Virus record (IMG/VR): IMGVR_UViG_3300047564_005880
Span: 1-55,783 of that record
Reading direction: 5' to 3' (one strand)
DNA from: a virus
Taxonomy: Duplodnaviria; Caudoviricetes
DNA: 55,783 bases
Shown piece by piece: positions 47,216 through 55,084 of this stretch. The notes beneath the pieces were generated by a model. The model was not told the DNA's origin. It ran no database searches and saw only the letters and a list, made by a program, of their open reading frames with translations. Made by a program: the position numbers and the translations under genes. Each line of letters begins with the position of its first letter. Position 1 is the stretch's first letter.

Positions 47216-47446
47216 TCAGTGTGAATAACTTTTGAGTCGTGCTGGCGGATTTGTTCCTCGTAATGGGATGCATCTTCCAGTGAATAGAAGATCAACTTCT
47301 GAGTAGTGATCTTTGAATGCTTCTTCTTCCTCTGCAAGATAACAGCATACTTCATAATAGATGTCGTAACATGGATAAGGATAACTACTTGTCCAGCTCG
47401 TGTATTGTGGACCAGTTTTCACGATAGACGATGGGTAACGCACCAT
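47216..47446 (-). CDS. Hypothetical protein
   Basis: Fills gap; start uncertain. Confidence 0.4.
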   Translation of the reverse strand: MVRYPSSIVKTGPQYTSWTSSYPYPCYDIYYEVCCYLAEEEEAFKDHYSEVDLLFTGRCIPLRGTNPPARLKSYSH

Positions 47447-47588
47447 TAAAAAGACGAAGAACGATGTACTTGGAACAAATGAAATTAACAGTACAAGTGT
47501 ACCCTTTCCATTCTACGATCTGGTCTTCATGAAATAGACTCAGATTTTTGTCGATTGTATTCGATTGAGAGCTGTCGCTGATACTCAT
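47385..47588 (-). CDS. Hypothetical protein (SH3-like beta pattern)
   Basis: VEWKGYTCTVNFICSKYI; start uncertain. Confidence 0.5.
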   Translation of the reverse strand: MSISDSSQSNTIDKNLSLFHEDQIVEWKGYTCTVNFICSKYIVLRLFNGALPIVYRENWSTIHELDK

Positions 47589-47718
47589 AGAAGATCGGAT
47601 AAGCAGAACGCTTGACATAATCACTATAACCCAATTTGTCAGCGTTGTCAATTACATTTGTGATTGACTTGATTTGTGCTTCTAACAATCGGATGTTGTA
47701 TTCAGGTGCCAAAGCCAT
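47527..47718 (-). CDS. Hypothetical protein (63 aa)
   Basis: Helical ORF tiling with neighbours. Confidence 0.55.
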   Translation of the reverse strand: MALAPEYNIRLLEAQIKSITNVIDNADKLGYSDYVKRSAYPIFYEYQRQLSIEYNRQKSESIS

Positions 47719-47902
47719 TTGCTTTTCGCCTCCAGGTACGCTCATCTCGTAATGCACGAAGAGTACGCTTCAGATAGTGCAATTCATCACTGTCATACAG
47801 ATGCTCTAATTTGAGTGCTGCTTTGACACCTTTGATGTTCTTGTTCAGAGCACCTTCGGTCATGTAATTGATTGTTTCTTGTGAATAGTCAGGGAGCTTC
47901 AT
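47702..47902 (-). CDS. Hypothetical protein (66 aa)
   Basis: HLYDSDELHYLKR..GFG pattern typical of cyanophage small proteins. Confidence 0.65.
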   Translation of the reverse strand: MKLPDYSQETINYMTEGALNKNIKGVKAALKLEHLYDSDELHYLKRTLRALRDERTWRRKANGFGT

Positions 47903-48039
47903 TTGTTTACTCGATCGTTAACAGAAAAGTTGAAAAAGCGGCGGAAAGCAGTAATAACAATAACGCCTGCCGAAACAACACCAACAAAGCCAAGGAAGGT
48001 GGTAACATCGCCAGAGAATGTGTAGGTGTCAGGATTCAT
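47899..48039 (-). CDS. Single-TM peptide (46 aa)
   Basis: MNPDTYTFSGDVTTFLGFVGVVSAGVIVITAFRRFFNF..; ATGA coupling at both ends. Confidence 0.65.
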   Translation of the reverse strand: MNPDTYTFSGDVTTFLGFVGVVSAGVIVITAFRRFFNFSVNDRVNK

Positions 48040-48341
48040 GAGATGACTCGATAACAGACAGTAGCATTACCCTTACGGGTGGATTGAATGTGAGCAAATG
48101 CAGCATAGCTCAGATCTAGATCAGCATGTGAATACGGACCACGATCATTCACTCGTACAATTACTTGCTTTCCGTTGTCTTGATTGGTGACACGGATCTT
48201 ACTACCAAGTGGTAGATGTGGGTGAGCAGCAGTCCAACGATAAGCATCGAACCTTTCACCCGATGCAGTTAGATTACCATGGAATCCGTCACCTACACCA
48301 TAGTAAGTAGCGATTCCACACATAAGAGCAGCAACAATCAT
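48036..48341 (-). CDS. rlpA: RlpA-family (DPBB) lytic transglycosylase
   Basis: GIATYYG..HGNLTASGERFD..TAAH..LPLGS..VRVNDRGPY..DLSYAAF. Confidence 0.9.
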   Translation of the reverse strand: MIVAALMCGIATYYGVGDGFHGNLTASGERFDAYRWTAAHPHLPLGSKIRVTNQDNGKQVIVRVNDRGPYSHADLDLSYAAFAHIQSTRKGNATVCYRVIS

Positions 48342-48472
48342 TTACGGTTCTTGCGATAACGATAAGAGGCAGAAGGATCAGGGTCATAGAGACCACCACC
48401 TTCACGATCTTCAAGATAGAAGAGAATGGCAAAGGTGAGAAGAATCACACCGCCAACAATCAAAACAGTCAT
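48338..48472 (-). CDS. Single-TM peptide (44 aa)
   Basis: MTVLIVGGVILLTFAILFYLEDR..; ATGA-coupled to rlpA. Confidence 0.6.
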   Translation of the reverse strand: MTVLIVGGVILLTFAILFYLEDREGGGLYDPDPSASYRYRKNRK

Positions 48473-48473
48473 G

Positions 48474-48638
48474 TCAAGCACCAATAACAGAAACTTCGAT
48501 CTCTTTGATGTTCAGACCACACAACTGATTGTACACTCGCTTGTTGATCACATCGCAAGCATTCTTGAGCTTGGAACGCTCATACCAGATGGTGCAGAGA
48601 CCATCGAACGTGGTGACCTTGATGCGAATGTCCTTCAT
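48474..48638 (-). CDS. Hypothetical protein (54 aa)
   Basis: MKDIRIKVTTFDGLCTIWYERSK..; own promoter. Confidence 0.7.
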   Translation of the reverse strand: MKDIRIKVTTFDGLCTIWYERSKLKNACDVINKRVYNQLCGLNIKEIEVSVIGA

Positions 48639-48659
48639 GGGTTGTGTGCTGATGAAGTA

Positions 48660-48717
48660 AGTATAGGGCAGCTGGAGGGGATCCTAGGATCCCCTGTGCC
48701 AGTTTCTAGACTGCCAG
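48660..48717 (-). promoter_or_regulatory. Early promoter element copy 10 with internal 20-bp palindrome
   Basis: -10 TATACT 48660-65; AGGGGATCCTAGGATCCCCT 48676-95; GTGCCAG-tttctaga-CTGCCAG 48696-717; gap 30. Confidence 0.75.
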
Positions 48718-49104
48718 CGCACCGCTGGGAATCTCTTGTGCTTCAAGGTACGATTCGTGCCACTCACAGGTATCATAGCACAACCAACCTTCCTCTTGAG
48801 TATAAACGTATGCAAACTCTTCAGCATCTTGAGTCAGATACTCGTGCAGGTTGGCATTCAGACGAGGAGGGCAATTTTCGCCACGAGCAGAATAGTATTC
48901 AGGATGATACTCATTTTCACAGTCATCCTTAGTCCAGCAGGTGCTCATGTCACCACCATCAATCAGCTCAGCAACTGCCTCACGATCGTTGTAATGAGTG
49001 GTCAGAATGCGACCCAGCCACTCAGGATAACCATCCCAGTGGTGATAAGCAGAGAGAATCGAACCGTCTTTGAGCTCGATGCCGATGCGGGAGCGGGTTG
49101 CCAT
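48706..49104 (-). CDS. Conserved phage protein of the MATRSRI..YxHWDGYP family
   Basis: Characteristic MATRSRIG..YHHWDGYPEWLG..EEFAYVY. Confidence 0.8.
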   Translation of the reverse strand: MATRSRIGIELKDGSILSAYHHWDGYPEWLGRILTTHYNDREAVAELIDGGDMSTCWTKDDCENEYHPEYYSARGENCPPRLNANLHEYLTQDAEEFAYVYTQEEGWLCYDTCEWHESYLEAQEIPSGALAV

Positions 49105-49128
49105 GGGGTGTCTGTCGATTACCTAGTA

Positions 49129-49186
49129 ATCATACACGAAGGGGGTGGTTTCGACCACCCCCCTGTGCCACCTGTCGAACTGTCCA
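49129..49186 (-). promoter_or_regulatory. Early promoter element copy 11 with internal GC hairpin
   Basis: -10 TATGAT 49129-34; GGGGGTGGT-ttcg-ACCACCCCC 49141-62; GTGCCAC-ctgtcgaa-CTGTCCA 49165-86; gap 30. Confidence 0.75.
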
Positions 49187-49192
49187 GTAAAA

Positions 49193-49420
49193 TCACTCTC
49201 GACCGAAGAAACTGCCAAACCTACCAGAGTCCCCTGGCTTGCGGTTCTCCAATTTGTCAAGAATAGCATCAGTGCTCTGCAGTGATTCAATACGATGAAT
49301 CAAATCTGCAATCACACTACACACCATGGGGCGTTCTTGTCGTGCAGCATAAGCTAATGCATTACGCAACGATGCTTCTGCTTCCTTCAAACTTGTTTCG
49401 ACTGATTCAGACAGTGCCAT
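49193..49420 (-). CDS. Conserved cyanophage hypothetical protein
   Basis: MALSESVETSLKEAEASLRNALAYAARQERP. Confidence 0.75.
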   Translation of the reverse strand: MALSESVETSLKEAEASLRNALAYAARQERPMVCSVIADLIHRIESLQSTDAILDKLENRKPGDSGRFGSFFGRE

Positions 49421-49748
49421 CTTCATTCTCCATCTTAATTAGACCATACTGTTCCAGAACATCAGCAACAGCATTCTTGATGGTGTCACGGGTGACGAAC
49501 GAATCTCGCTCATCTTTATATTCTGGATATTTCTTTTCGAAGTAATTGGTGGTGGTGTAGATTGCTTCATCAGTAATATGACGAAGCGTTCCTAGCCAGT
49601 GTTCACCGAGAGCGGTGTATTTTACACCAGGCAACAGTTCTTCCTTCACACGATCGAGAAAGAACTTGTATGTCACCAAGATATCATCAAATTTGTCGAT
49701 GTATTCTTGTTCGTGACCTGGGTTGTTAAAATTAGGTACGTCAGACAT
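49407..49748 (-). CDS. Hypothetical protein (113 aa)
   Basis: Tiles with neighbours. Confidence 0.65.
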   Translation of the reverse strand: MSDVPNFNNPGHEQEYIDKFDDILVTYKFFLDRVKEELLPGVKYTALGEHWLGTLRHITDEAIYTTTNYFEKKYPEYKDERDSFVTRDTIKNAVADVLEQYGLIKMENEDGTV

Positions 49749-49998
49749 TAATTTGCATCGCAGAGTAAGGTGTGGTGTCGTTCACGTCCACAACGTTTCC
49801 GACTGATTTGGAATTGATGGGGGCGTGGTATTGCTTGGTCTTGGTATTGTAGAATCCCCAGATAGAGCGAACCGCACCGCCGCTATTGTAACTAAACCAA
49901 CGATGATTACGAATCCAGATTGCAATAACATTACGCTGAAAGGGTGTAGCTTCATAGGTGTAACCTTCTGGTGGCTGATGTGGATACTGGAATTCCAT
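49741..49998 (-). CDS. Conserved cyanophage hypothetical protein
   Basis: PHQPPEGYTY..IWGFYNTK..APINS..TTPYSAM. Confidence 0.75.
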   Translation of the reverse strand: MEFQYPHQPPEGYTYEATPFQRNVIAIWIRNHRWFSYNSGGAVRSIWGFYNTKTKQYHAPINSKSVGNVVDVNDTTPYSAMQINV

Positions 49999-49999
49999 G

Positions 50000-50497
50000 T
50001 TAGGAAACAATAGGATCAATTTCGTTAAGATGCTCCTCTACCCAACCATGCTCAGCAATCAGTGCTCTCTTGATGCGATCAATACGATCGTGCAATTCTT
50101 GCACTTTGGATTCGAGACTCTCAACTTTCTTGATTGTAGCATAATGCTCCACCCATGTCGAGTCAAAGTTACGCTCCTGCTCTACAGCTTCCTTGATCTT
50201 AACAGTAAGATCCTCTGCCAGAGTCAGATCATACTCATCTGCAACCTTACGCATGTCCTCTTCACGATTGTATTCGTTGAAGGCAGTGTTACATGCACCT
50301 TTCATGATACCGATCTCATTATGACCGATAGCACGGAGGAAATTAGAGAAGAATTTGAATGCTTGACAAGTATTCAGATCCTCTGCAGGAATCTCCATCG
50401 TGATATGCTCTTCAGGGAGCATATCATCATCACCATAGGATCCTGTGTAGGTCCATTTGCTGTCGAATTGTACTTTGATCTTAGCTTCGTAAGTCAT
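50000..50497 (-). CDS. Hypothetical protein (165 aa), C-terminal coiled coil
   Basis: ORF track; tiles. Confidence 0.7.
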   Translation of the reverse strand: MTYEAKIKVQFDSKWTYTGSYGDDDMLPEEHITMEIPAEDLNTCQAFKFFSNFLRAIGHNEIGIMKGACNTAFNEYNREEDMRKVADEYDLTLAEDLTVKIKEAVEQERNFDSTWVEHYATIKKVESLESKVQELHDRIDRIKRALIAEHGWVEEHLNEIDPIVS

Positions 50498-50676
50498 TCT
50501 ACTTTACAATCAGGGTGCCAATCATTACCGAGATGCTCACAGTATTGCTGCAAGCGTGTCTTACCGTAGTAAGCATCAAACATTTTGTTATCACGCTGGA
50601 TCAACCATGCATTATAACCGAAGAAGGCAGCAAATGCAAGAACACCAGCAAGAATGTAGCGGGGAGGGATGTTCAT
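50494..50676 (-). CDS. Single-TM protein (60 aa)
   Basis: YILAGVLAFAAFFGYNAWLIQRD..HPDC. Confidence 0.7.
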   Translation of the reverse strand: MNIPPRYILAGVLAFAAFFGYNAWLIQRDNKMFDAYYGKTRLQQYCEHLGNDWHPDCKVE

Positions 50677-50678
50677 GA

Positions 50679-50843
50679 TCAGGAAGCTTGAAGAATAGCG
50701 CGACGTGCCTCATATGCTTGGAACTGAGTAGCAAACTCAGCGATCTTCTGATAAGGATCACGACGATAGAGTGCCCAGCGGGTCGTGCCGATAACAGCAC
50801 GGATCACGAAGGGATTGTCGATGCCGAGGGGGTAGGGCGTCAT
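50679..50843 (-). CDS. Hypothetical protein (54 aa)
   Basis: MTPYPLGIDNPFVIRAVIGTTRWALY..; own promoter. Confidence 0.65.
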   Translation of the reverse strand: MTPYPLGIDNPFVIRAVIGTTRWALYRRDPYQKIAEFATQFQAYEARRAILQAS

Positions 50844-50865
50844 GGGGTGAATCGCTTATGTACTA

Positions 50866-50922
50866 ATTATAGTGGCAATTTGCCCTTGGACTTGCCTCGT
50901 GTACCACTTTTCAACCTGGCAC
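50866..50922 (-). promoter_or_regulatory. Early promoter element copy 12 (inside upstream ORF)
   Basis: -10 TATAAT 50866-71; GTACCAC-ttttcaac-CTGGCAC 50901-22; gap 29. Confidence 0.7.
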
Positions 50923-51151
50923 AGTGCTGCTTGACAACCTTCATCGCAGCTGCGAGGGTCCGCTTCTCCTCAAATTGCTTCCCATCATGCAGGATGATCC
51001 AGCATTTCGGTTTCTCATACGGAAATGGAAAGATTGCCCAGGTCCCATCACCAATAATGACGGGTTGGGCAAGAACTTTATCCTCAATTAGGGTCGGATT
51101 GCTGCTGTGCATTATATTTTTCCCAGGGATGTACGTACTGTTTCTTTGCAT
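50867..51151 (-). CDS. Hypothetical protein (94 aa)
   Basis: WAIFPF..WIILHDGKQ; start uncertain. Confidence 0.6.
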   Translation of the reverse strand: MQRNSTYIPGKNIMHSSNPTLIEDKVLAQPVIIGDGTWAIFPFPYEKPKCWIILHDGKQFEEKRTLAAAMKVVKQHCARLKSGTRGKSKGKLPL

Positions 51152-51329
51152 GAATTGTAATTGTGGGGTCGGAGCCCCAGTCGTTCATTCGCCTGATCCC
51201 ACCAAATGAAATCTCCAAGTCTGATGAGTCCCACTTTAATTCTTTTACAAATGGGGCGAGGATGGTTATGTGTAGATTACCACCCTCATCATAGCTGTAC
51301 TCGAAGTAGCGTTGGATGTCTGGATTCAT
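51084..51329 (-). CDS. Hypothetical protein, possible AbrB/MazE-like swapped hairpin
   Basis: DEGGNLHITILAPFVKELKWDSSDLEI resembles the AbrB-type ITIP..l.eLGW..GD.l pattern. Confidence 0.45.
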   Translation of the reverse strand: MNPDIQRYFEYSYDEGGNLHITILAPFVKELKWDSSDLEISFGGIRRMNDWGSDPTITIHAKKQYVHPWEKYNAQQQSDPN

Positions 51330-52576
51330 ACAGTAGCAATAGCGGGAATACCCTTAACAAAGATGCAGTCTACCACATCTTGCAGGCGCTTAGCAATACC
51401 TTTGCCGTGATTGGAGTAGATGGGCACGGTCACAAATCCAGTGCGCTTGCGATACAGACCGAAAGAACCTGCAGGAATCTTACCAGCAGCGATGTCAGCA
51501 GCATCATCGGGATCCATACGAATGACGCGACCGATCGTCTGTGCCATCTCAACAATAGGGAGCTGGCGAAGAAGAATGCAGTGAGTCAGACCAGGGACGT
51601 TGATACCTTCAGACAGGATGCTGTAGTGGAACATGATGAATTTGCGGTTAGGATCCTTACCCCAGGCAGTCAGCGTGTCGAAGAACACCTCGCGAGAAAC
51701 TTTGGTCTTGTTGATGTAAGCACCATGCTTGGCAGTGATGTGCATCACATCGTAACCACGCTCGTGGAACTGGGCGATCACGTTGGTGCTGCTGAGCATC
51801 CGCCACAGCACACGGGTGTTAGGCGCTGCCACAAGCACCTTAGAGGCGCTCTCAGGGTCCAGATCGTCGATGATGTTCAGCAGGGTGTCACGGTCGTTCT
51901 CAGCGGCAAAGAGACCCTTCTGGCGCTCCAGATCGATCGTATGGGTGAGCACAGTGGGGGACACGATGCTACCGTTGGCGATCAACTCAGGAGCAGGGAC
52001 GCTCTCAAGCACAGGACCGAACACCAGGCGGTTGTTCATGCCGCGACCCAGGGGGTTGACAGAGTGCTTAGGAGTAGCAGTGAAATAGTAATAGTTCTTG
52101 GCGTTGCAGTTAGCTACCTCTTCGAAGAAGTGACGGCGAGTAGCATTATGTGCCTCGTCGAAGTATGCAACGTCGATATGAATACCTGCCTCGTTGATAC
52201 GACGCAGAGAATTGTAGGTGGTGAAGATGAGCTGATGCTTCTCTGCTGCTTTACACAGAACAGAGTGAGTTTGGATCTCAGCAATCTTGGTGCTGCTGAA
52301 GTGATGAGTCTCACCACTGTGAACGTGCATCACCTCAGCATCAGAAATGTGCTCAAGAAATTCCTCGGACAGCTGATTAGCCAGGAGGATGCGTGGAGCA
52401 ATAACAACAATAGTTTGAGGGGAAGTAGACTCTTGAAGACGACGAACAGCATCAAGAATCATAACGAGAGTCTTACCACCGCCAGTAGGTATAACAACTT
52501 GACCGAATGCTGCTTTGATCAGTGCATCGATGGCACGGCGCTGGTGAGAGCGGAGAGTCAGGGGCACAGGGGGCAT
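51326..52576 (-). CDS. SF2 (DEAH, ResIII-like) helicase
   Basis: PTGGGKT, FDEAH, TATP, LSEGINVP, QTIGRVIR motifs. Confidence 0.9.
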   Translation of the reverse strand: MPPVPLTLRSHQRRAIDALIKAAFGQVVIPTGGGKTLVMILDAVRRLQESTSPQTIVVIAPRILLANQLSEEFLEHISDAEVMHVHSGETHHFSSTKIAEIQTHSVLCKAAEKHQLIFTTYNSLRRINEAGIHIDVAYFDEAHNATRRHFFEEVANCNAKNYYYFTATPKHSVNPLGRGMNNRLVFGPVLESVPAPELIANGSIVSPTVLTHTIDLERQKGLFAAENDRDTLLNIIDDLDPESASKVLVAAPNTRVLWRMLSSTNVIAQFHERGYDVMHITAKHGAYINKTKVSREVFFDTLTAWGKDPNRKFIMFHYSILSEGINVPGLTHCILLRQLPIVEMAQTIGRVIRMDPDDAADIAAGKIPAGSFGLYRKRTGFVTVPIYSNHGKGIAKRLQDVVDCIFVKGIPAIATV

Positions 52577-52590
52577 CGCGTATGAAATAT

Positions 52591-52648
52591 AATATAAAGC
52601 AAAAAGCGCCCCCGCAGGGGCGCACTGTGACAGTTGTAAAACTGGATC
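52591..52648 (-). promoter_or_regulatory. Early promoter element copy 13
   Basis: -10 TATATT 52591-96; GTGACAG-ttgtaaaa-CTGGATC 52627-48; gap 30. Confidence 0.65.
52601..52623 (-). terminator. Rho-independent terminator inside promoter spacer
   Basis: GCGCCCC-tgcg-GGGGCGC-TTTTT on minus strand. Confidence 0.8.
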
Positions 52649-53615
52649 AGACGGTGATCAGACCGTCGTTGTCCTCCACGTCAAGAATCTGGGGAACAAA
52701 TCCTTCCAGAGGGAACAACTTGAAGTTGCTATCTTGGAAGCGAGCTTGATATGCTTTTTCAAAGCACTCGTTATAGTAATTGACGCGCTCAATACAGGCA
52801 AGACGAGCTTCAGGTGCATCTTCAGCAGTAGTGTTCTGCAGGAATGCAACTACCCTAGTGTCTTTGCCAGCGTAGAAAGATTCCAACGCTTCGATAACAG
52901 CACGACGGAAGTAAGTGCTGTTGCCGCTAGCATTCAGAGCAACAACATTCGCGCCTTTGGGAAGAACTTTCTTCGCGTAGTTCTTCGCCTTGTTTGCGTC
53001 AAAGGACTCCATGGATGCAGCAGCGACAGCGTTGCTGATCACAGACTCGCAGAGGTTAGTTACCTGCTGCTGAGTGAAGGAGTGGGGGATCTGGTTCACC
53101 CAACGGATGCAATCTTCATAGGCAGGGATCTCTGCGTGACGCGCAATCCAAGAGGCAAGACGCTTCTTGAAGTCGTCAATAGAAGCTCCTTTGCTAGGAG
53201 GATGATCGTTAGCACCAAGACCGACCTCGTTGATAACATCATCAGCAGTGAATCCGTCTTTCACTTCAACAACGTTGAAGATCCAGCGAGAATACTGCAA
53301 CTCAGTCAGAGCTTGGAAGCGAGTGAAACCATCCAGCAACTTACCGTTATCAAAGATATACGGAGGCTGGGCGTCGATGAGCACACCTTTCACAGAAATG
53401 CTGCTCTTGAGGGAGTTCTTGTTGTTCTGGTCAGTACCAACAGAGCGCACAACGTTACGCTCATGACCATCATCGTCAGTCGTGATGATGGAATTCAAAT
53501 CGCGAACTTCGCGACGAACAACACGGTAAGATACACCTTCAGTGAGAGGAAGATTCTCAAACCATTCAACTTTGGGAGCAACAGAAGGGGTGCTCAGCTT
53601 GATGTAGTTGGACAT
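52647..53615 (-). CDS. ParB/Srx-like N-terminal domain protein (about 322 aa)
   Basis: LKSSISVKG..QPPYI..LLDGFTRFQAL resembles the ParB-N DGxxR motif. Confidence 0.55.
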   Translation of the reverse strand: MSNYIKLSTPSVAPKVEWFENLPLTEGVSYRVVRREVRDLNSIITTDDDGHERNVVRSVGTDQNNKNSLKSSISVKGVLIDAQPPYIFDNGKLLDGFTRFQALTELQYSRWIFNVVEVKDGFTADDVINEVGLGANDHPPSKGASIDDFKKRLASWIARHAEIPAYEDCIRWVNQIPHSFTQQQVTNLCESVISNAVAAASMESFDANKAKNYAKKVLPKGANVVALNASGNSTYFRRAVIEALESFYAGKDTRVVAFLQNTTAEDAPEARLACIERVNYYNECFEKAYQARFQDSNFKLFPLEGFVPQILDVEDNDGLITV

Positions 53616-53680
53616 AATTAATAATTGCAAAGGGTACAATTTAGATCAGCACTAGCAGTGCGCTTGACTGATCTGGGTTA

Positions 53681-53709
53681 AGTATAGCAGCTTTGGGTGG
53701 GGATGCCAA
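53681..53709 (-). promoter_or_regulatory. Sigma70-type promoter TTGGCA-N17-TATACT with extended -10 (TGn)
   Basis: -35 53704-09, extended -10 53681-89. Confidence 0.75.
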
Positions 53710-53726
53710 GCCCCTGAAACATTTTG

Positions 53727-54233
53727 TCAGGATCTCTGGATGTTTCCCGAGATGATCACACGGTCATGGTCGCAGGTGTGTGGGGGCACATAATGCAGGT
53801 CCGTGGAATTGAAGAATACCAATTTGCCGATGGTGGGCACGACTACGTTAGCAGGTGGCATCCAAGGGCGATGGGGTTCTGGAAAGATCAGTGGAGCACA
53901 CTGATCGCAGCAATCAAGATAGTAACAGAAGGACTGTACATAGTTTGGATCTGGATGCTGGTGGATTACAGCATAATCGCCTTTGCGGTACACTGCTCCC
54001 CACATTTCACAAACCTCAACACATCCATGGCGATCCATTAGCAACTGATTAGCAAGAACGTTGATGTGCTCAGTTAGATCCCATAGAGGTTCAAGTGTGT
54101 GAATTGTCCATCCAGTTACGTCACACTTGAGGCTAGACTGCCTGTCATTCTCATCACCTAACCCGTACACAATCGATTTGAAAACGGGTTCGGGTTCGTA
54201 ATAGTATTCTGCGATATTAACCCTGTGTGGCAT
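53727..54233 (-). CDS. 2OG-Fe(II) oxygenase (TIGR02466-like)
   Basis: WGAVYRKGDYAVIHQHP..FCYYL..GKLVFFNS..HYVP..RVIISGNI. Confidence 0.85.
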   Translation of the reverse strand: MPHRVNIAEYYYEPEPVFKSIVYGLGDENDRQSSLKCDVTGWTIHTLEPLWDLTEHINVLANQLLMDRHGCVEVCEMWGAVYRKGDYAVIHQHPDPNYVQSFCYYLDCCDQCAPLIFPEPHRPWMPPANVVVPTIGKLVFFNSTDLHYVPPHTCDHDRVIISGNIQRS

Positions 54234-54649
54234 TTACAAAACTCCTCGTAGATCAATCTCTCTGTACCATGCGCTTCAACTTCCCAGGGCTCATCTTCAT
54301 AAGGTGTGTCCTCAGAAACTTTGCGAGAGTACCAATAGTTCTTGTTGTATCTAGTTACATGCTCACGCAGGATGCGCTGCTTGACATGAATCAACTCATG
54401 GAATAATACAGTGAGATAGTCTTCGATGTCAAGACGATTGTGGATCTCAACAACAAACTCGCGAGGACGAGAGCAAGAGTCAACAATACTGCAGCACCCA
54501 TACATGCCTTCGCGAGCTAATCCACGCGCTATGAAATCGACAGCGAACTTGTAGCGATCCCCAATATATTTGGAAATGTACCACTGAGCAGCGAGGGATG
54601 TGATTCGCTTGCGGCAATTAGATCCAGTAAACGAGAAGGAAACAGACAT
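54158..54649 (-). CDS. Zincin-like metallopeptidase
   Basis: HELIHVKQ and YEDEPWEVEA motifs; start ATG 54649 likely. Confidence 0.8.
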   Translation of the reverse strand: MSVSFSFTGSNCRKRITSLAAQWYISKYIGDRYKFAVDFIARGLAREGMYGCCSIVDSCSRPREFVVEIHNRLDIEDYLTVLFHELIHVKQRILREHVTRYNKNYWYSRKVSEDTPYEDEPWEVEAHGTERLIYEEFCKCHTGLISQNTITNPNPFSNRLCTG

Positions 54650-54696
54650 AACCAGTGCAGAAACCAAACTCCAGAAATAACAAAGAGAACTTTCAT
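54529..54696 (-). CDS. Possible overlapping hydrophobic ORF (55 aa)
   Basis: MKVLFVISGVWFLHWLC..; TGATG-coupled to upstream ORF but overlaps peptidase 5' end. Confidence 0.35.
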   Translation of the reverse strand: MKVLFVISGVWFLHWLCLFPSRLLDLIAASESHPSLLSGTFPNILGIATSSLSIS

Positions 54697-54818
54697 CACA
54701 TCTCCCAATACTCAAGGTACTCTTCCTCAGACATAGCAAATACTTTTGCCATTTCCTCGCGGTCTTCGTCAGAAATGTCGAAGATCTCACCAGGCATGTC
54801 TTGGATCTCGTCCCACAT
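54696..54818 (-). CDS. Very acidic small protein (40 aa)
   Basis: MWDEIQDMPGEIFDISDEDREEMAKVFAMSEEEYLEYWEM; 15 D/E vs 2 K/R; first gene after promoter copy 14. Confidence 0.7.
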   Translation of the reverse strand: MWDEIQDMPGEIFDISDEDREEMAKVFAMSEEEYLEYWEM

Positions 54819-54845
54819 GGGTGGTGCTCCGTTGATTACCTTGTA

Positions 54846-54903
54846 ATTATAGGGTCAAAGGAGCTCCGCCAGGGCGTCTCGTAGACAGTTCTGCAAGTGT
54901 CCC
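54846..54903 (-). promoter_or_regulatory. Early promoter element copy 14 (inside upstream ORF)
   Basis: -10 TATAAT 54846-51; TAGACAG-ttctgcaa-GTGTCCC 54882-903; gap 30. Confidence 0.7.
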
Positions 54904-55040
54904 TCCAGGACCACCTCGTCGATTCCGTGGTGTAGGGCTGCCTGTTTGACGATTCCTAGCGGTGATCCCCACATGATGTCAATAATAAACTTAATTTGTT
55001 GCGTGTTAAGTTCAACGTGCGTAGTTACAGATCGTTCCAT
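54855..55040 (-). CDS. Hypothetical protein (61 aa)
   Basis: ORF track; tiles. Confidence 0.6.
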   Translation of the reverse strand: MERSVTTHVELNTQQIKFIIDIMWGSPLGIVKQAALHHGIDEVVLEGHLQNCLRDALAELL

Positions 55041-55046
55041 AGTTTT

Positions 55047-55084
55047 AAAAAGGAAAAAGGCGCACTCACGAACTGCGAGTGCGC
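55047..55084 (-). terminator. Rho-independent terminator
   Basis: GCGCACTC-N9-GAGTGCGC followed by CTTTTTCCTTTTT on minus strand. Confidence 0.7.

Noticed and set aside
51206-53621. Long plus-strand ORFs (459 aa and 295 aa)
   Set aside because: They are antisense to the helicase and ParB-like genes, which carry the recognisable motifs; codon bias explains the open frames.
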